A stretch of 27,349 nucleotides of DNA from a virus (taxonomy: Duplodnaviria > Caudoviricetes): IMG/VR virus record IMGVR_UViG_3300033417_000044, positions 1-27,349 of that record. One strand, given 5' to 3'. The notes under the pieces are model-generated. The model was given only the letters and a program-made list of their open reading frames with translations. It made no database searches and was not told where the DNA came from. How positions within the stretch are numbered: the first letter of the stretch is position 1; the number at the start of each line of letters is the position of its first letter. Below, piece by piece: positions 7,447-15,540 of the stretch. Position numbers and translations under genes: made by a program.

Positions 7447-8373
7447 ATGCTGACCCGCATCGAACGATGGTTCCAGCGAAAGAAGGTGCCGCCAGCGATG
7501 ACGAACGGTGTCTGCGTCTGGAATTACGAGAACGATATGTGCGTCGAGTGTGGATTGACGTGTACTCAGATAGAAGACGATCCATCTGCCCACGCCGCGC
7601 AATGTAAAAGGATAACGGACAATGTCGAACATCGGCAACCCGATCCGCAAGTTCACGGCGATCCCGCTCAGCTCCCCTATCTCTCCGACGCCGGAGCCAA
7701 ACAAGCGGCGGTCCTTGCCCAGCAATACGCCATTACCAAGTACGGCGCCGACTACGCCGGCCATGCCCGCGCCGCCCTCCATGCCCAAGCCCAACAAGCA
7801 GCCGGCGATACCAGACGGCCCCTGGACGCAGCGATCTATGCCGGGCTCAGGCAACAACTCGATGCCCAAACCCAATCGGCCCTCACTTCAGGAGCCCTTT
7901 ACCGGCAGATGGGCTCAGCAGCCCAATACTTCGGCCAGTTCCCCCAACCGCCGCCGGAGCCTATCGAAAGCACCGGCATACAGGTCGGCGAGGTCATCGC
8001 ATGGCGGGTGTGGGTTATCAGCTACGGCTGGCTCTACAGCGTGACGCAGGACATGTGCGAATGGGCACCTGGCGAAGTCGTGACCGCGCATAAGGTGACG
8101 GAGGTCATGGGCGATGGCATCCATGCGTTCAAGACGCGGCGGCAGGCGATGTCGTATGTAGGCGCACCCAGTAAGACTGAAAGCTACGCCATCGGCCAAG
8201 TCGCCTTGTGGGGCCAAATCTATGAGTTCGAGAAAGGCTGGCACGGCGAGCACGCCAAGGTTCACAGCATCGAGTCCGTGTGGCCGGACGATGCCGAGCT
8301 GCTAGCCGCCGTGCGCAAGACCTACGGTATTAACGAGCCGGAGCCAGGACCATGGGCGAATCCATTGCCATGA
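7447..8373 (+). CDS. Hypothetical protein with WRxW...GIHA...WG C-terminal domain
   Basis: C-terminal globular domain (IAWRVW, GIHAFKT, GQVALWG). The start is uncertain and may lie further downstream. Confidence 0.65.
   Translation: MLTRIERWFQRKKVPPAMTNGVCVWNYENDMCVECGLTCTQIEDDPSAHAAQCKRITDNVEHRQPDPQVHGDPAQLPYLSDAGAKQAAVLAQQYAITKYGADYAGHARAALHAQAQQAAGDTRRPLDAAIYAGLRQQLDAQTQSALTSGALYRQMGSAAQYFGQFPQPPPEPIESTGIQVGEVIAWRVWVISYGWLYSVTQDMCEWAPGEVVTAHKVTEVMGDGIHAFKTRRQAMSYVGAPSKTESYAIGQVALWGQIYEFEKGWHGEHAKVHSIESVWPDDAELLAAVRKTYGINEPEPGPWANPLP
7622..8044 (+). CDS. Proline-rich protein overlapping 7447-8373 in another frame
   Basis: AAGGA/GGA upstream. MSNIGNPIRKFTAIPL start. GC-ending codons favour this frame over roughly 7622-7810. 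Confidence 0.45.
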   Translation: MSNIGNPIRKFTAIPLSSPISPTPEPNKRRSLPSNTPLPSTAPTTPAMPAPPSMPKPNKQPAIPDGPWTQRSMPGSGNNSMPKPNRPSLQEPFTGRWAQQPNTSASSPNRRRSLSKAPAYRSARSSHGGCGLSATAGSTA

Positions 8374-8648
8374 CGCATCGCGTCCAACAGCACGCCGTGC
8401 TGCTTGAGGACTTGCGCAAGAAGGTCGAGGAGGTCTACCGGCTCGCCGCCGAGCTGAGGGAGCGGGAGCGCGAGACACCCCACGAACCGCTCGTAGTGAT
8501 CGCCGAGCGGCTTGCCGCGCTGGAGAGGTCGTACCAGGAGCTTGCCGCCAAGCGCGATGTCGCGGCGGACATACTGGCACGCCTCGGCGAGGTCGAGGCC
8601 GAGTTGCGCCGGCGCCGGGGCGGGCGGCCCAAGAGTCGGGGATCATGA
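8370..8648 (+). CDS. Small coiled-coil protein
   Basis: Leu/Glu/Arg heptads with a basic tail. ATGA coupling. Confidence 0.7.
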   Translation: MTHRVQQHAVLLEDLRKKVEEVYRLAAELRERERETPHEPLVVIAERLAALERSYQELAAKRDVAADILARLGEVEAELRRRRGGRPKSRGS

Positions 8649-9091
8649 TCGTCGCCAATTACGAAACCGGGAAAGTACTGTTCGGGAGAGGCCGGCGCAA
8701 TTTTATCTGCTGGTGGGCGCGCCGGCCATATCCCGATCTTTTCCCCGGCAAGAAACCGTTGGTTTCGTATATTGTTGCATGGCGCTTTGGGATTGAGCGC
8801 GGCGAATACCGGTATCCTTACGAGGATGATCGACTTTTTCGATGGTTCGTAGAGCCTACATTGGATCGCCAGCGTCATCGGCTCGGTATCTGGTTCTTTG
8901 GCGGCGTAGTTGGTATCGAGGGACCGTTGATGGACGCCCCTACGAAAAACTGGCCAGACAGGAAAATTTGGCACTCCAAACGGCTGCGGCTCTGGCCGGT
9001 CAACCCGCCTCCGAAGCCGTTTACGCATGAAGAGAGGAAGCAGGAGGCTGATCTGCTGTGCCGGAGGGGTCGCGAAAGCCCAGGACCATGA
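8645..9091 (+). CDS. Trp/Arg-rich hypothetical protein
   Basis: ATGA-coupled at both ends. Lower GC than its neighbours. Confidence 0.55.
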   Translation: MIVANYETGKVLFGRGRRNFICWWARRPYPDLFPGKKPLVSYIVAWRFGIERGEYRYPYEDDRLFRWFVEPTLDRQRHRLGIWFFGGVVGIEGPLMDAPTKNWPDRKIWHSKRLRLWPVNPPPKPFTHEERKQEADLLCRRGRESPGP

Positions 9092-9462
9092 TCGCCCTGC
9101 CGTTCCACTATCTCCGCGTCCTGACCCTTTGGAGGTGGGGCCACCGGTCCCGTGAGATCGCCGAGCGGGTCGAGCTTGACACGGGCGCCGTCGCCAACAT
9201 CGCCAGGCGGCTCCGCAAGCGCGGCTTCGACCTGCCGCGGCACGACCACGAGCGCCGGTCGCGGCCGGGGATCAAGCCGCAATACCGCCACTGCCTCAAC
9301 TGCGAGCGGCGGTTCTGGTCGCCTGGCATCCATGTTCGCATGTGCGACGGCTGCAAGGGCCTGAAGGACGATCTGCCGCACTGTCGCGTCTGCGGATCGA
9401 GGTTCCGGGCAATGGCCGGCGCCCGGCTCTGTCCCCGCTGCGAGGCCACCGCGACCGGCTAA
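9088..9462 (+). CDS. HTH plus zinc-finger protein, putative regulator
   Basis: LWRWGHRSREIAERVELDTGAVANIARRL HTH, then CLNC..CDGC and CRVC..CPRC. Confidence 0.7.
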   Translation: MIALPFHYLRVLTLWRWGHRSREIAERVELDTGAVANIARRLRKRGFDLPRHDHERRSRPGIKPQYRHCLNCERRFWSPGIHVRMCDGCKGLKDDLPHCRVCGSRFRAMAGARLCPRCEATATG

Positions 9463-9473
9463 TCGGCTCCCTG

Positions 9474-9508
9474 CCGGACATTAAATCCCGCGCCCCGGCG
9501 CGTACAAT
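9474..9508 (+). promoter_or_regulatory. Putative late promoter upstream of portal, motif copy 1
   Basis: ccggacattaaa...tacaat, 25/35 identical to 18138-18172. TACAAT lies 6 nt before the portal ATG. Confidence 0.55.
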
Positions 9509-9514
9509 CGGGCC

Positions 9515-11908
9515 ATGGCCCACCGCCCGCGCTCAGAAATGACCGAGGACGAGCTGCTGGCGCTCGTCGCCCAGTACATCGAGCAGTCGCAGGGCTACAT
9601 CGGCGGCCAGATCACGAACCAGCGCGCGCAGGCGATGCGCTACTACCAGGCGCAGCCGTTCGGGGACGAGCGCGCCGGGCACTCCCAGGTCATCCTGACC
9701 GACGTTGCCGACACCATCGAATGGATGCTGCCGCAGCTCCTTGAGCCGTTCGTGGCCGGCGATCAGGTGGTCAAGTTCGCGCCGAAAGGCCCTGAGGACA
9801 TCGAGGCCGCCGAGCAGGAGACCGATTACGTCAACCACGTGTTGATGCAAGACAATCCTGGCTTCTCGATCCTGTACACCGCGTTCAAGGATGCCCTGCT
9901 GTCCAAGACCGGGATCATGAAGGCGTGGGCCGAGCAGTACCAGACCGTCCAGGAGGAGCGGTATGAGGGGCTGACCGACTTCCAGCTCATCGAGCTTATG
10001 AACAACCCCGAGGTCGAGGTCGTTGCGGCCGAAGAGCACGGGCAACAGCAGTTCGGCACGCTTTGGGACATCTCGATCAAGCGCGTCCGCGACCACAAGC
10101 GCATCCGGGTTGCCGCGATCCCGCCCGAGCATTTCATGATCAGCCGGCGCGCCACGACGATCGACGACGCCCAGTTCGTCGGCCACAAGGAGAGGCAGAC
10201 CGAAAGCGAACTCATCCTCGAAGGCCACGACCCGGAGATGGTCCGCGACCTGCCGTCATACGACGACGACTTCTCCGAGGAGCGGCTGGAGCGGCATTCG
10301 CTTGACGACGAGTACCCGCTTAGCCTGGAGGCGGCGGTCGAGCGTGACGCCTCGCGCGAGATTTGGACCACCGAGTGCTTTGTCAGGGTGGATTGGGACG
10401 GCGACGGCATCGCCGAGCTGAGGCGGATCAAGATCGCCGGCAGCCTCGGGTCCGTCGTCGGCGCGCAAGGCCGGGGCCGGACGACGATGCTGGTCAACGA
10501 TCATTGGCCGCACGAGCGCGCGCCGTACTACGCGATCTGCCCGCAGCCGGTCACGCACAAGTTCTTCGGCATGTCGATCGCGGACATGACGATGGACATC
10601 CAGCATATGCGCTCGACTCTCGCCAGGCAGATGATCGACGCCCAGGCCAACGCGAACAATCCGGGCGTGGCCGCGTGGTTCGAGAAGGTCGAGATGCAAG
10701 ACCTGCTCGTTACGCGCTCGGGCGGCAGGGTGATCCGCACGCACGGCCCGCCCGGCGAGGTACTGCTGCCGTTCAGCACATCGCCCGCGAACCCGGCGAC
10801 ATACCAGCTCCTTGAGTTCATCACCGGCGAGCGCGAGTCGAGGACCGGCGTCACGAAATACGGTCAGGGTCTCGACTCCGCCAGCCTGAACGACACCGCC
10901 TCCGGTATCAACCAGATCATGACGGCGGCGCAGCAGCGCATCAAGCTGATCGCGCGCCTGTTCGCCGAGACCGGGCTGACCGACCTGTTCCGCGGCTTGC
11001 ACGAGCTGATCAGGAAGTACCAGGACGTGCCGCGCACTATCCGGTTGCGCAATCGGTGGGTCGAGATCGATCCGACCGACTGGTCGGAGCGGATGGATAC
11101 CGTTATCGAGGTCGGGCTTGGCGCGAGCAACAAAGACCTCCAGCGGCTCCACATCGACGCGATCGCGATGAAGCAGCAGGCCATCATCGCGCTCCAGGGC
11201 GGGATTGACGGCCCGCTGGTGAAGGCCAAGCACGTCAAAAACATGATGGACAAGAGTGCCGAGCTTGCCGGTTACAAGGAGCCGGACCTGTTCTGCGGCG
11301 ACCCGGCCGCCCCGGAGAACCAGCCCGAGGCGAAGGAGCAGGCGCCCGATCCCGAGATGATGAAGCTCCAGCTCGACATGCAGAAGGCGATGCAGGAGCT
11401 ACAGGCCAAGAGCCAGTTAGAGCAGGCTAAGCTGCAAGCGGCCGGGCAGGAGTTCCAGGCCGAGATGCAGCTCAAGTATGAGGAGCTTGCGCAGAAGCGC
11501 CAGATCGAGGAAGCCAAGCTCGCCCAGGAGCGCCAGGAGATGCAAGAGAAGCTGGCGCTCGAATACGCCAAGCTCAATGTCGCGCGCGAGGGTCAGAACA
11601 TGGACGTGCTGGACAAGCAGATCGCGCGGGCGACGGCCGATCAGGGTGCCTTCGGGTCTCGGGCCACGGCGGCGCGCGAGGGCGGCAGTGCCCGCGAGAA
11701 GGCGGCTGCCGCCGAAGTCGAGGTCGAGGCTGCCCGCGAGAGGGCGACGATGGCCGCGGCCGAGGTCGAGCGGTTGCGGGCCGAGAACCTGCGGCTACAG
11801 GGCGAGCAGGCCGGGATGTCGAGGACGAAGCGCGTCAGCTTCGAGCGCGACCGCAGCGACAAGCTGGTGGGAGCGACCGTGATCGAGGGACCGCAGACGG
11901 TGCAGTAG
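9515..11908 (+). CDS. Portal protein (P22/SU10-like) with long C-terminal coiled coil
   Basis: 797 aa after terL. GHSQVILTDVADTIEWMLP, FKDALLSKTG, VDWDGDGIAELR and RTGVTKYGQG motifs. Q/E/K/A-rich helical tail. Confidence 0.93.
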   Translation: MAHRPRSEMTEDELLALVAQYIEQSQGYIGGQITNQRAQAMRYYQAQPFGDERAGHSQVILTDVADTIEWMLPQLLEPFVAGDQVVKFAPKGPEDIEAAEQETDYVNHVLMQDNPGFSILYTAFKDALLSKTGIMKAWAEQYQTVQEERYEGLTDFQLIELMNNPEVEVVAAEEHGQQQFGTLWDISIKRVRDHKRIRVAAIPPEHFMISRRATTIDDAQFVGHKERQTESELILEGHDPEMVRDLPSYDDDFSEERLERHSLDDEYPLSLEAAVERDASREIWTTECFVRVDWDGDGIAELRRIKIAGSLGSVVGAQGRGRTTMLVNDHWPHERAPYYAICPQPVTHKFFGMSIADMTMDIQHMRSTLARQMIDAQANANNPGVAAWFEKVEMQDLLVTRSGGRVIRTHGPPGEVLLPFSTSPANPATYQLLEFITGERESRTGVTKYGQGLDSASLNDTASGINQIMTAAQQRIKLIARLFAETGLTDLFRGLHELIRKYQDVPRTIRLRNRWVEIDPTDWSERMDTVIEVGLGASNKDLQRLHIDAIAMKQQAIIALQGGIDGPLVKAKHVKNMMDKSAELAGYKEPDLFCGDPAAPENQPEAKEQAPDPEMMKLQLDMQKAMQELQAKSQLEQAKLQAAGQEFQAEMQLKYEELAQKRQIEEAKLAQERQEMQEKLALEYAKLNVAREGQNMDVLDKQIARATADQGAFGSRATAAREGGSAREKAAAAEVEVEAARERATMAAAEVERLRAENLRLQGEQAGMSRTKRVSFERDRSDKLVGATVIEGPQTVQ

Positions 11909-11938
11909 GCGCAATTTACGGCTGGAGGCCGGACGACG

Positions 11939-12085
11939 ATGCCTAAGAACACCAAGGTTGGCCGCTGTTACGACAGCATGGTCAAGAAGGGCGCGAGCAA
12001 GGGCAAGGCTGCGCGGGTGTGCCAGAGTGCGACTGACCAATCGCTTAAGACTGGCAAGCCGCCGAAGGGCAAGAAGCGTTCATGA
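11939..12085 (+). CDS. 48-aa basic protein (not in ORF track)
   Basis: GGAGG upstream. MPKNTKVGRCYDSMVKKGASKGKAARVCQSAT...KGKKRS. Stop overlaps ATG 12082. Confidence 0.65.
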   Translation: MPKNTKVGRCYDSMVKKGASKGKAARVCQSATDQSLKTGKPPKGKKRS

Positions 12086-12924
12086 GGCTGATTGCCATCA
12101 TACTCTGTCTGCTGGTCGCCGAATCTGCAAACGCGGCGACCTTGGTCAAGCGGGCGATGACCTATGAAGGCCAGCCTCGCACTTATTGTGAGTACACTCC
12201 TCCCGGTGTCCCAGCAGATGCGCCGGTCGTGATGTACCTGCACGGTGGGCTGTCTGGCAACTGCGCGGCGGACAAGTTTGGCAAGTACTGGGCGAACCTG
12301 GCGCAGACGACGCGCGATTTCATGGTGCTGGCCCCGCAGGCGCCGGATACTGCCTGGAACGCCTGTTCTGCCCCACCCGAGGTCTGCGCTGCTCCGGCTT
12401 GGGCGAGCGAGGCAGCGAACCGTGACGACGTAGGCTTTGTGCGTGCCATGCTCGCGCTATACCCTGGGCGGGCCGTGCGGGTGTCGGGCATGTCAGCGGG
12501 CGGGATGTTCGCCTACCTGGTGGCCTGCCACATCGAAGGCATCCAGGCTGTCCACGTAGTTGCCGGAGTGTCGCGGACGCAGTCGTGCCCAGGCGGGCCG
12601 GTGCCACTCCTGCACATGCACGGCGGTTCTGACGGTTGGGTGCCATGGGCCGGTAATGCGAATTACCCGCCGGTGCAACCTGGTCTTGACCTACGCGCCT
12701 GGACCAATGGCTGTACCGGGCCGTCGGTCGAGACATGGAATGCGCTCAAGAGACGCACTGAGTACGCCTACCCTGGCTGCGCCGCGCCGGTGGTGTACTA
12801 CCGCTACGCCTGCGCCCACGGATGGCCGGGGCAGTATAACTCGTTTTGGGATTGGATTTTCGGTCTGAACTGCTCGACCAACTGGCGGGCGGAGATTGAC
12901 GTTTTGGGATGGTGGGAGCAATGA
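12082..12924 (+). CDS. Secreted alpha/beta hydrolase (LpqC/PHB depolymerase-like esterase)
   Basis: Signal peptide ending ANA, LHGG oxyanion motif, GMSAG nucleophile elbow, HGGSDGWVP (Asp) and HGWPG (His). Confidence 0.85.
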   Translation: MRLIAIILCLLVAESANAATLVKRAMTYEGQPRTYCEYTPPGVPADAPVVMYLHGGLSGNCAADKFGKYWANLAQTTRDFMVLAPQAPDTAWNACSAPPEVCAAPAWASEAANRDDVGFVRAMLALYPGRAVRVSGMSAGGMFAYLVACHIEGIQAVHVVAGVSRTQSCPGGPVPLLHMHGGSDGWVPWAGNANYPPVQPGLDLRAWTNGCTGPSVETWNALKRRTEYAYPGCAAPVVYYRYACAHGWPGQYNSFWDWIFGLNCSTNWRAEIDVLGWWEQ

Positions 12925-13184
12925 CCTGGTTCGCAATTTACGATGACGCTACAGGCCGGCTGGAGAGCGTCGGGACAGTGGTCGCGCCGCCTGGTGAGTT
13001 GGCGAAGCGCGGCTTGGTCTCGAAGGCGCTTGCGAGCGACCCGCAGGTAGGGACCAAGCGGTGGAACGAAGGCACGCGGGATTTCGACGACGTGGCGCCG
13101 TCCCCACCCGAACCGTCGGACGGTGATGAGATCAAGGCATCGCTCGCGCGCATCGAGGCAAAGCTGGCTGGGGGGGCGCGGTAG
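12921..13184 (+). CDS. Hypothetical protein
   Basis: GGGAG RBS and ATGA coupling at 12921. Confidence 0.7.
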   Translation: MTWFAIYDDATGRLESVGTVVAPPGELAKRGLVSKALASDPQVGTKRWNEGTRDFDDVAPSPPEPSDGDEIKASLARIEAKLAGGAR

Positions 13185-13508
13185 ATGGCGACCGTCAAGA
13201 CATCGGGATCGCAGACCGCAACGCTCACCACCGAGCACGATCTGGCGACCGTGACCGACGCTGGCACTTATCAACTCGTGGTAGATGCCGCCTTGCTCGT
13301 CGATGACGAGACGCTGGAACTGCGCATTTACGGCAAGGCCCGGACTACCGATACCGAGCGGCTGCTCTACGAGGCCAGCTTCACCCACGCGCAGACCACG
13401 ACGTTGAAGGCGAGTCTCGCCGTGGTCAGTCCGCACCATGCGCGGTTCACGCTTGAGCAGAACGGAGGCACCGGCCGGGCGTTCCCCTGGGCGGTGTACG
13501 AGCTATGA
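13185..13508 (+). CDS. Beta-rich hypothetical protein, putative virion component
   Basis: Thr-rich beta-strand pattern. Abuts its neighbours. Confidence 0.7.
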   Translation: MATVKTSGSQTATLTTEHDLATVTDAGTYQLVVDAALLVDDETLELRIYGKARTTDTERLLYEASFTHAQTTTLKASLAVVSPHHARFTLEQNGGTGRAFPWAVYEL

Positions 13509-14350
13509 GCAACTGGCCGCTGCACGATGGGGCGCGCTATGAGGGCTTTGGCAAGGTCACGAGCGGGGCCAGTAATGGGACGGTCGTAAATGCGTCCGCC
13601 TCCGCCAATACGAAGGGTGCTTGGACGGAACTTATAGCCAGCACGGGTTTTGCCTACGCCGGTTTTCAGCTTTTCGCCAACACCGATACCAACAACGAGG
13701 ACTTCCTGATCGACATTGCCATAGGCGCGGCGGCTAGCGAGAAGATCGTCGCTGACAACATCTTCTCAGGGACATATAGGGCTCATGCTGCGGTGATGCT
13801 GCAAATTCCTGTCGGGATACCGGCTGGGAGCAGGATTTCCGCTCGGGTGCAGAGCAACGTCGGCAGTGCTACTTGTGTCATCAGTGGTATAGGCTATGCG
13901 GTCGGCTTTGCATCGCCTCTCATTGGGCCTCATTCGCGCATGATCTCGATGGGGGCGGCAACCGCCAGCACAACCGGAGTAGATGTAAATGCTGGAGCGA
14001 CAGCGAACACTAAGGGTGCTTGGTCGGAACTCGTCGCTTCGACATCGGCAGATTTTGCCTCGCTTGTTGTAAGCATGGGATCGAATAAAAACGGTGTGCC
14101 TGCTATTGCTCTGTTTCTTTTCGACATTGGCGTGGGCGCGGCAGGTAGCGAAAAAGTCATTGTCCCCAACTTCTGCATAACGACTCGCTACGTGGCGTTT
14201 GAAACAGTTTCCACGATCTTTCAATCGGCGCAGGGGCCATTTCCCTGTTCCGTCCCAGCGGGCAGCAGGCTCGCCATGCGTTCGCAGTCCACGACGAACG
14301 ACGCTACGGATCGCATCTTGGACGCGGTGCTTTACGGCATCGCGGCTTAA
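13505..14350 (+). CDS. Putative structural protein with a tandemly duplicated domain
   Basis: ANTKGAWTELIAST...DIAIGAAASEKIV and ANTKGAWSELVAST...DIGVGAAGSEKVI. Confidence 0.75.
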   Translation: MSNWPLHDGARYEGFGKVTSGASNGTVVNASASANTKGAWTELIASTGFAYAGFQLFANTDTNNEDFLIDIAIGAAASEKIVADNIFSGTYRAHAAVMLQIPVGIPAGSRISARVQSNVGSATCVISGIGYAVGFASPLIGPHSRMISMGAATASTTGVDVNAGATANTKGAWSELVASTSADFASLVVSMGSNKNGVPAIALFLFDIGVGAAGSEKVIVPNFCITTRYVAFETVSTIFQSAQGPFPCSVPAGSRLAMRSQSTTNDATDRILDAVLYGIAA

Positions 14351-14353
14351 ACG

Positions 14354-14548
14354 ATGAGCGCGCTCCGCTACCTGCCGCTGTATGTGCCGCAAGCGGCGGC
14401 TGGTGGCATCCCTCCGTCTGTCGCGCTCTACCACCACCGGCACCACAACCTGGCAGCCTGTGTTTTCGTACTGGTCGGCACAATGTTGGCCGCTGGCGCG
14501 CTAATCATCATGTTGTTCGGCCCGGACTGGCTCAAATTGGCGGCGTGA
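14354..14548 (+). CDS. Small membrane protein
   Basis: His-rich YHHRHHN followed by one TM helix. Confidence 0.55.
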   Translation: MSALRYLPLYVPQAAAGGIPPSVALYHHRHHNLAACVFVLVGTMLAAGALIIMLFGPDWLKLAA

Positions 14549-15540
14549 TGAAGGTCGCCCACATAGCCGTGGTTACGCCCGGCAGGTGCGGTCTTTTCGA
14601 GACGGCGCGCGAGCTGGTGGTCGCCTTGCGCCGGCAGGATGTGGATTCGCGGCTGGTCGATCCGACGCGCGAGACCAACAAGCTCTATCCCGAGGGCACA
14701 GAGGATCGCGGCGCACCGCTCGCGGATATGGGCTGGGGACTGAAGGCCGATGTGCTCGTGAACCACTCGGGGTACGACAACACGCCGCTCGGAGACACGG
14801 AACAGCCCGTGGTCCACATCGCCCACGGTCGGCCACGATCGAGCTTCCTGAGCGAGATGAAAGGCTCTACGCCGATCTACTCATACCACTATTCCAAGAA
14901 CAAAGACCCGCGTTTCAAGGCGGTGGTGACGTTCTGGCCGCAGCATCAGCCGTATCTCGAAGTGATGTTCCCGGACAAGCCGATCCACGTTGTGCAAGCG
15001 TGCGTCGATCTGGAGGCATGGACGCCGAACGGGCCGAGCGGGTACAAGTTCCACGGCCACAAGGGGAAGATCAACGTCGTCTGCACCGATGCGTTCCGCG
15101 ATGACATTGACCCGTTCGTGCCGATCAACGCTTTCGCGCTGTGGGCGCGACAAACGCCCGGCGAGGCCAAGCTGCATGTCTATGCCAAGCCAGCGAACGT
15201 AAAAGGGTGGGGGCCGTTGCTGAGGCGGATTAAAGATGACGGCAATCTCGGCGAGGTCGCCGGCTGGGTTAAGGGATTGGAGAACGTCTACCGCGCCGCG
15301 ACGTTCATGATTACGGCGCATGAGATCGACACCAGGAGCGTGCGCGAGGCGATGGCGTGCGGTTGTCCTGTAGCACGGATTCCAGTTCTCGGTGTGCATC
15401 CATACGATGACTACAAAGAGGCGATCTATTGGGGCGTGACTGGTGATAGGGCCGTTGCCAGGAAGCAGGCGGAAGATAATTTCGGGATGCAGAAAACCGG
15501 CGAGCAGTTCAAGGCCGTGCTTGAGGGGGCGCTATCGTGA
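14545..15540 (+). CDS. Glycosyltransferase, GT-B fold (GT4-like)
   Basis: MKVAHI N-terminal strand and EX7E motif EIDTRSVREAMACGCPV. Start is GTG 14545 or ATG 14548. Confidence 0.85.
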   Translation: MMKVAHIAVVTPGRCGLFETARELVVALRRQDVDSRLVDPTRETNKLYPEGTEDRGAPLADMGWGLKADVLVNHSGYDNTPLGDTEQPVVHIAHGRPRSSFLSEMKGSTPIYSYHYSKNKDPRFKAVVTFWPQHQPYLEVMFPDKPIHVVQACVDLEAWTPNGPSGYKFHGHKGKINVVCTDAFRDDIDPFVPINAFALWARQTPGEAKLHVYAKPANVKGWGPLLRRIKDDGNLGEVAGWVKGLENVYRAATFMITAHEIDTRSVREAMACGCPVARIPVLGVHPYDDYKEAIYWGVTGDRAVARKQAEDNFGMQKTGEQFKAVLEGALS

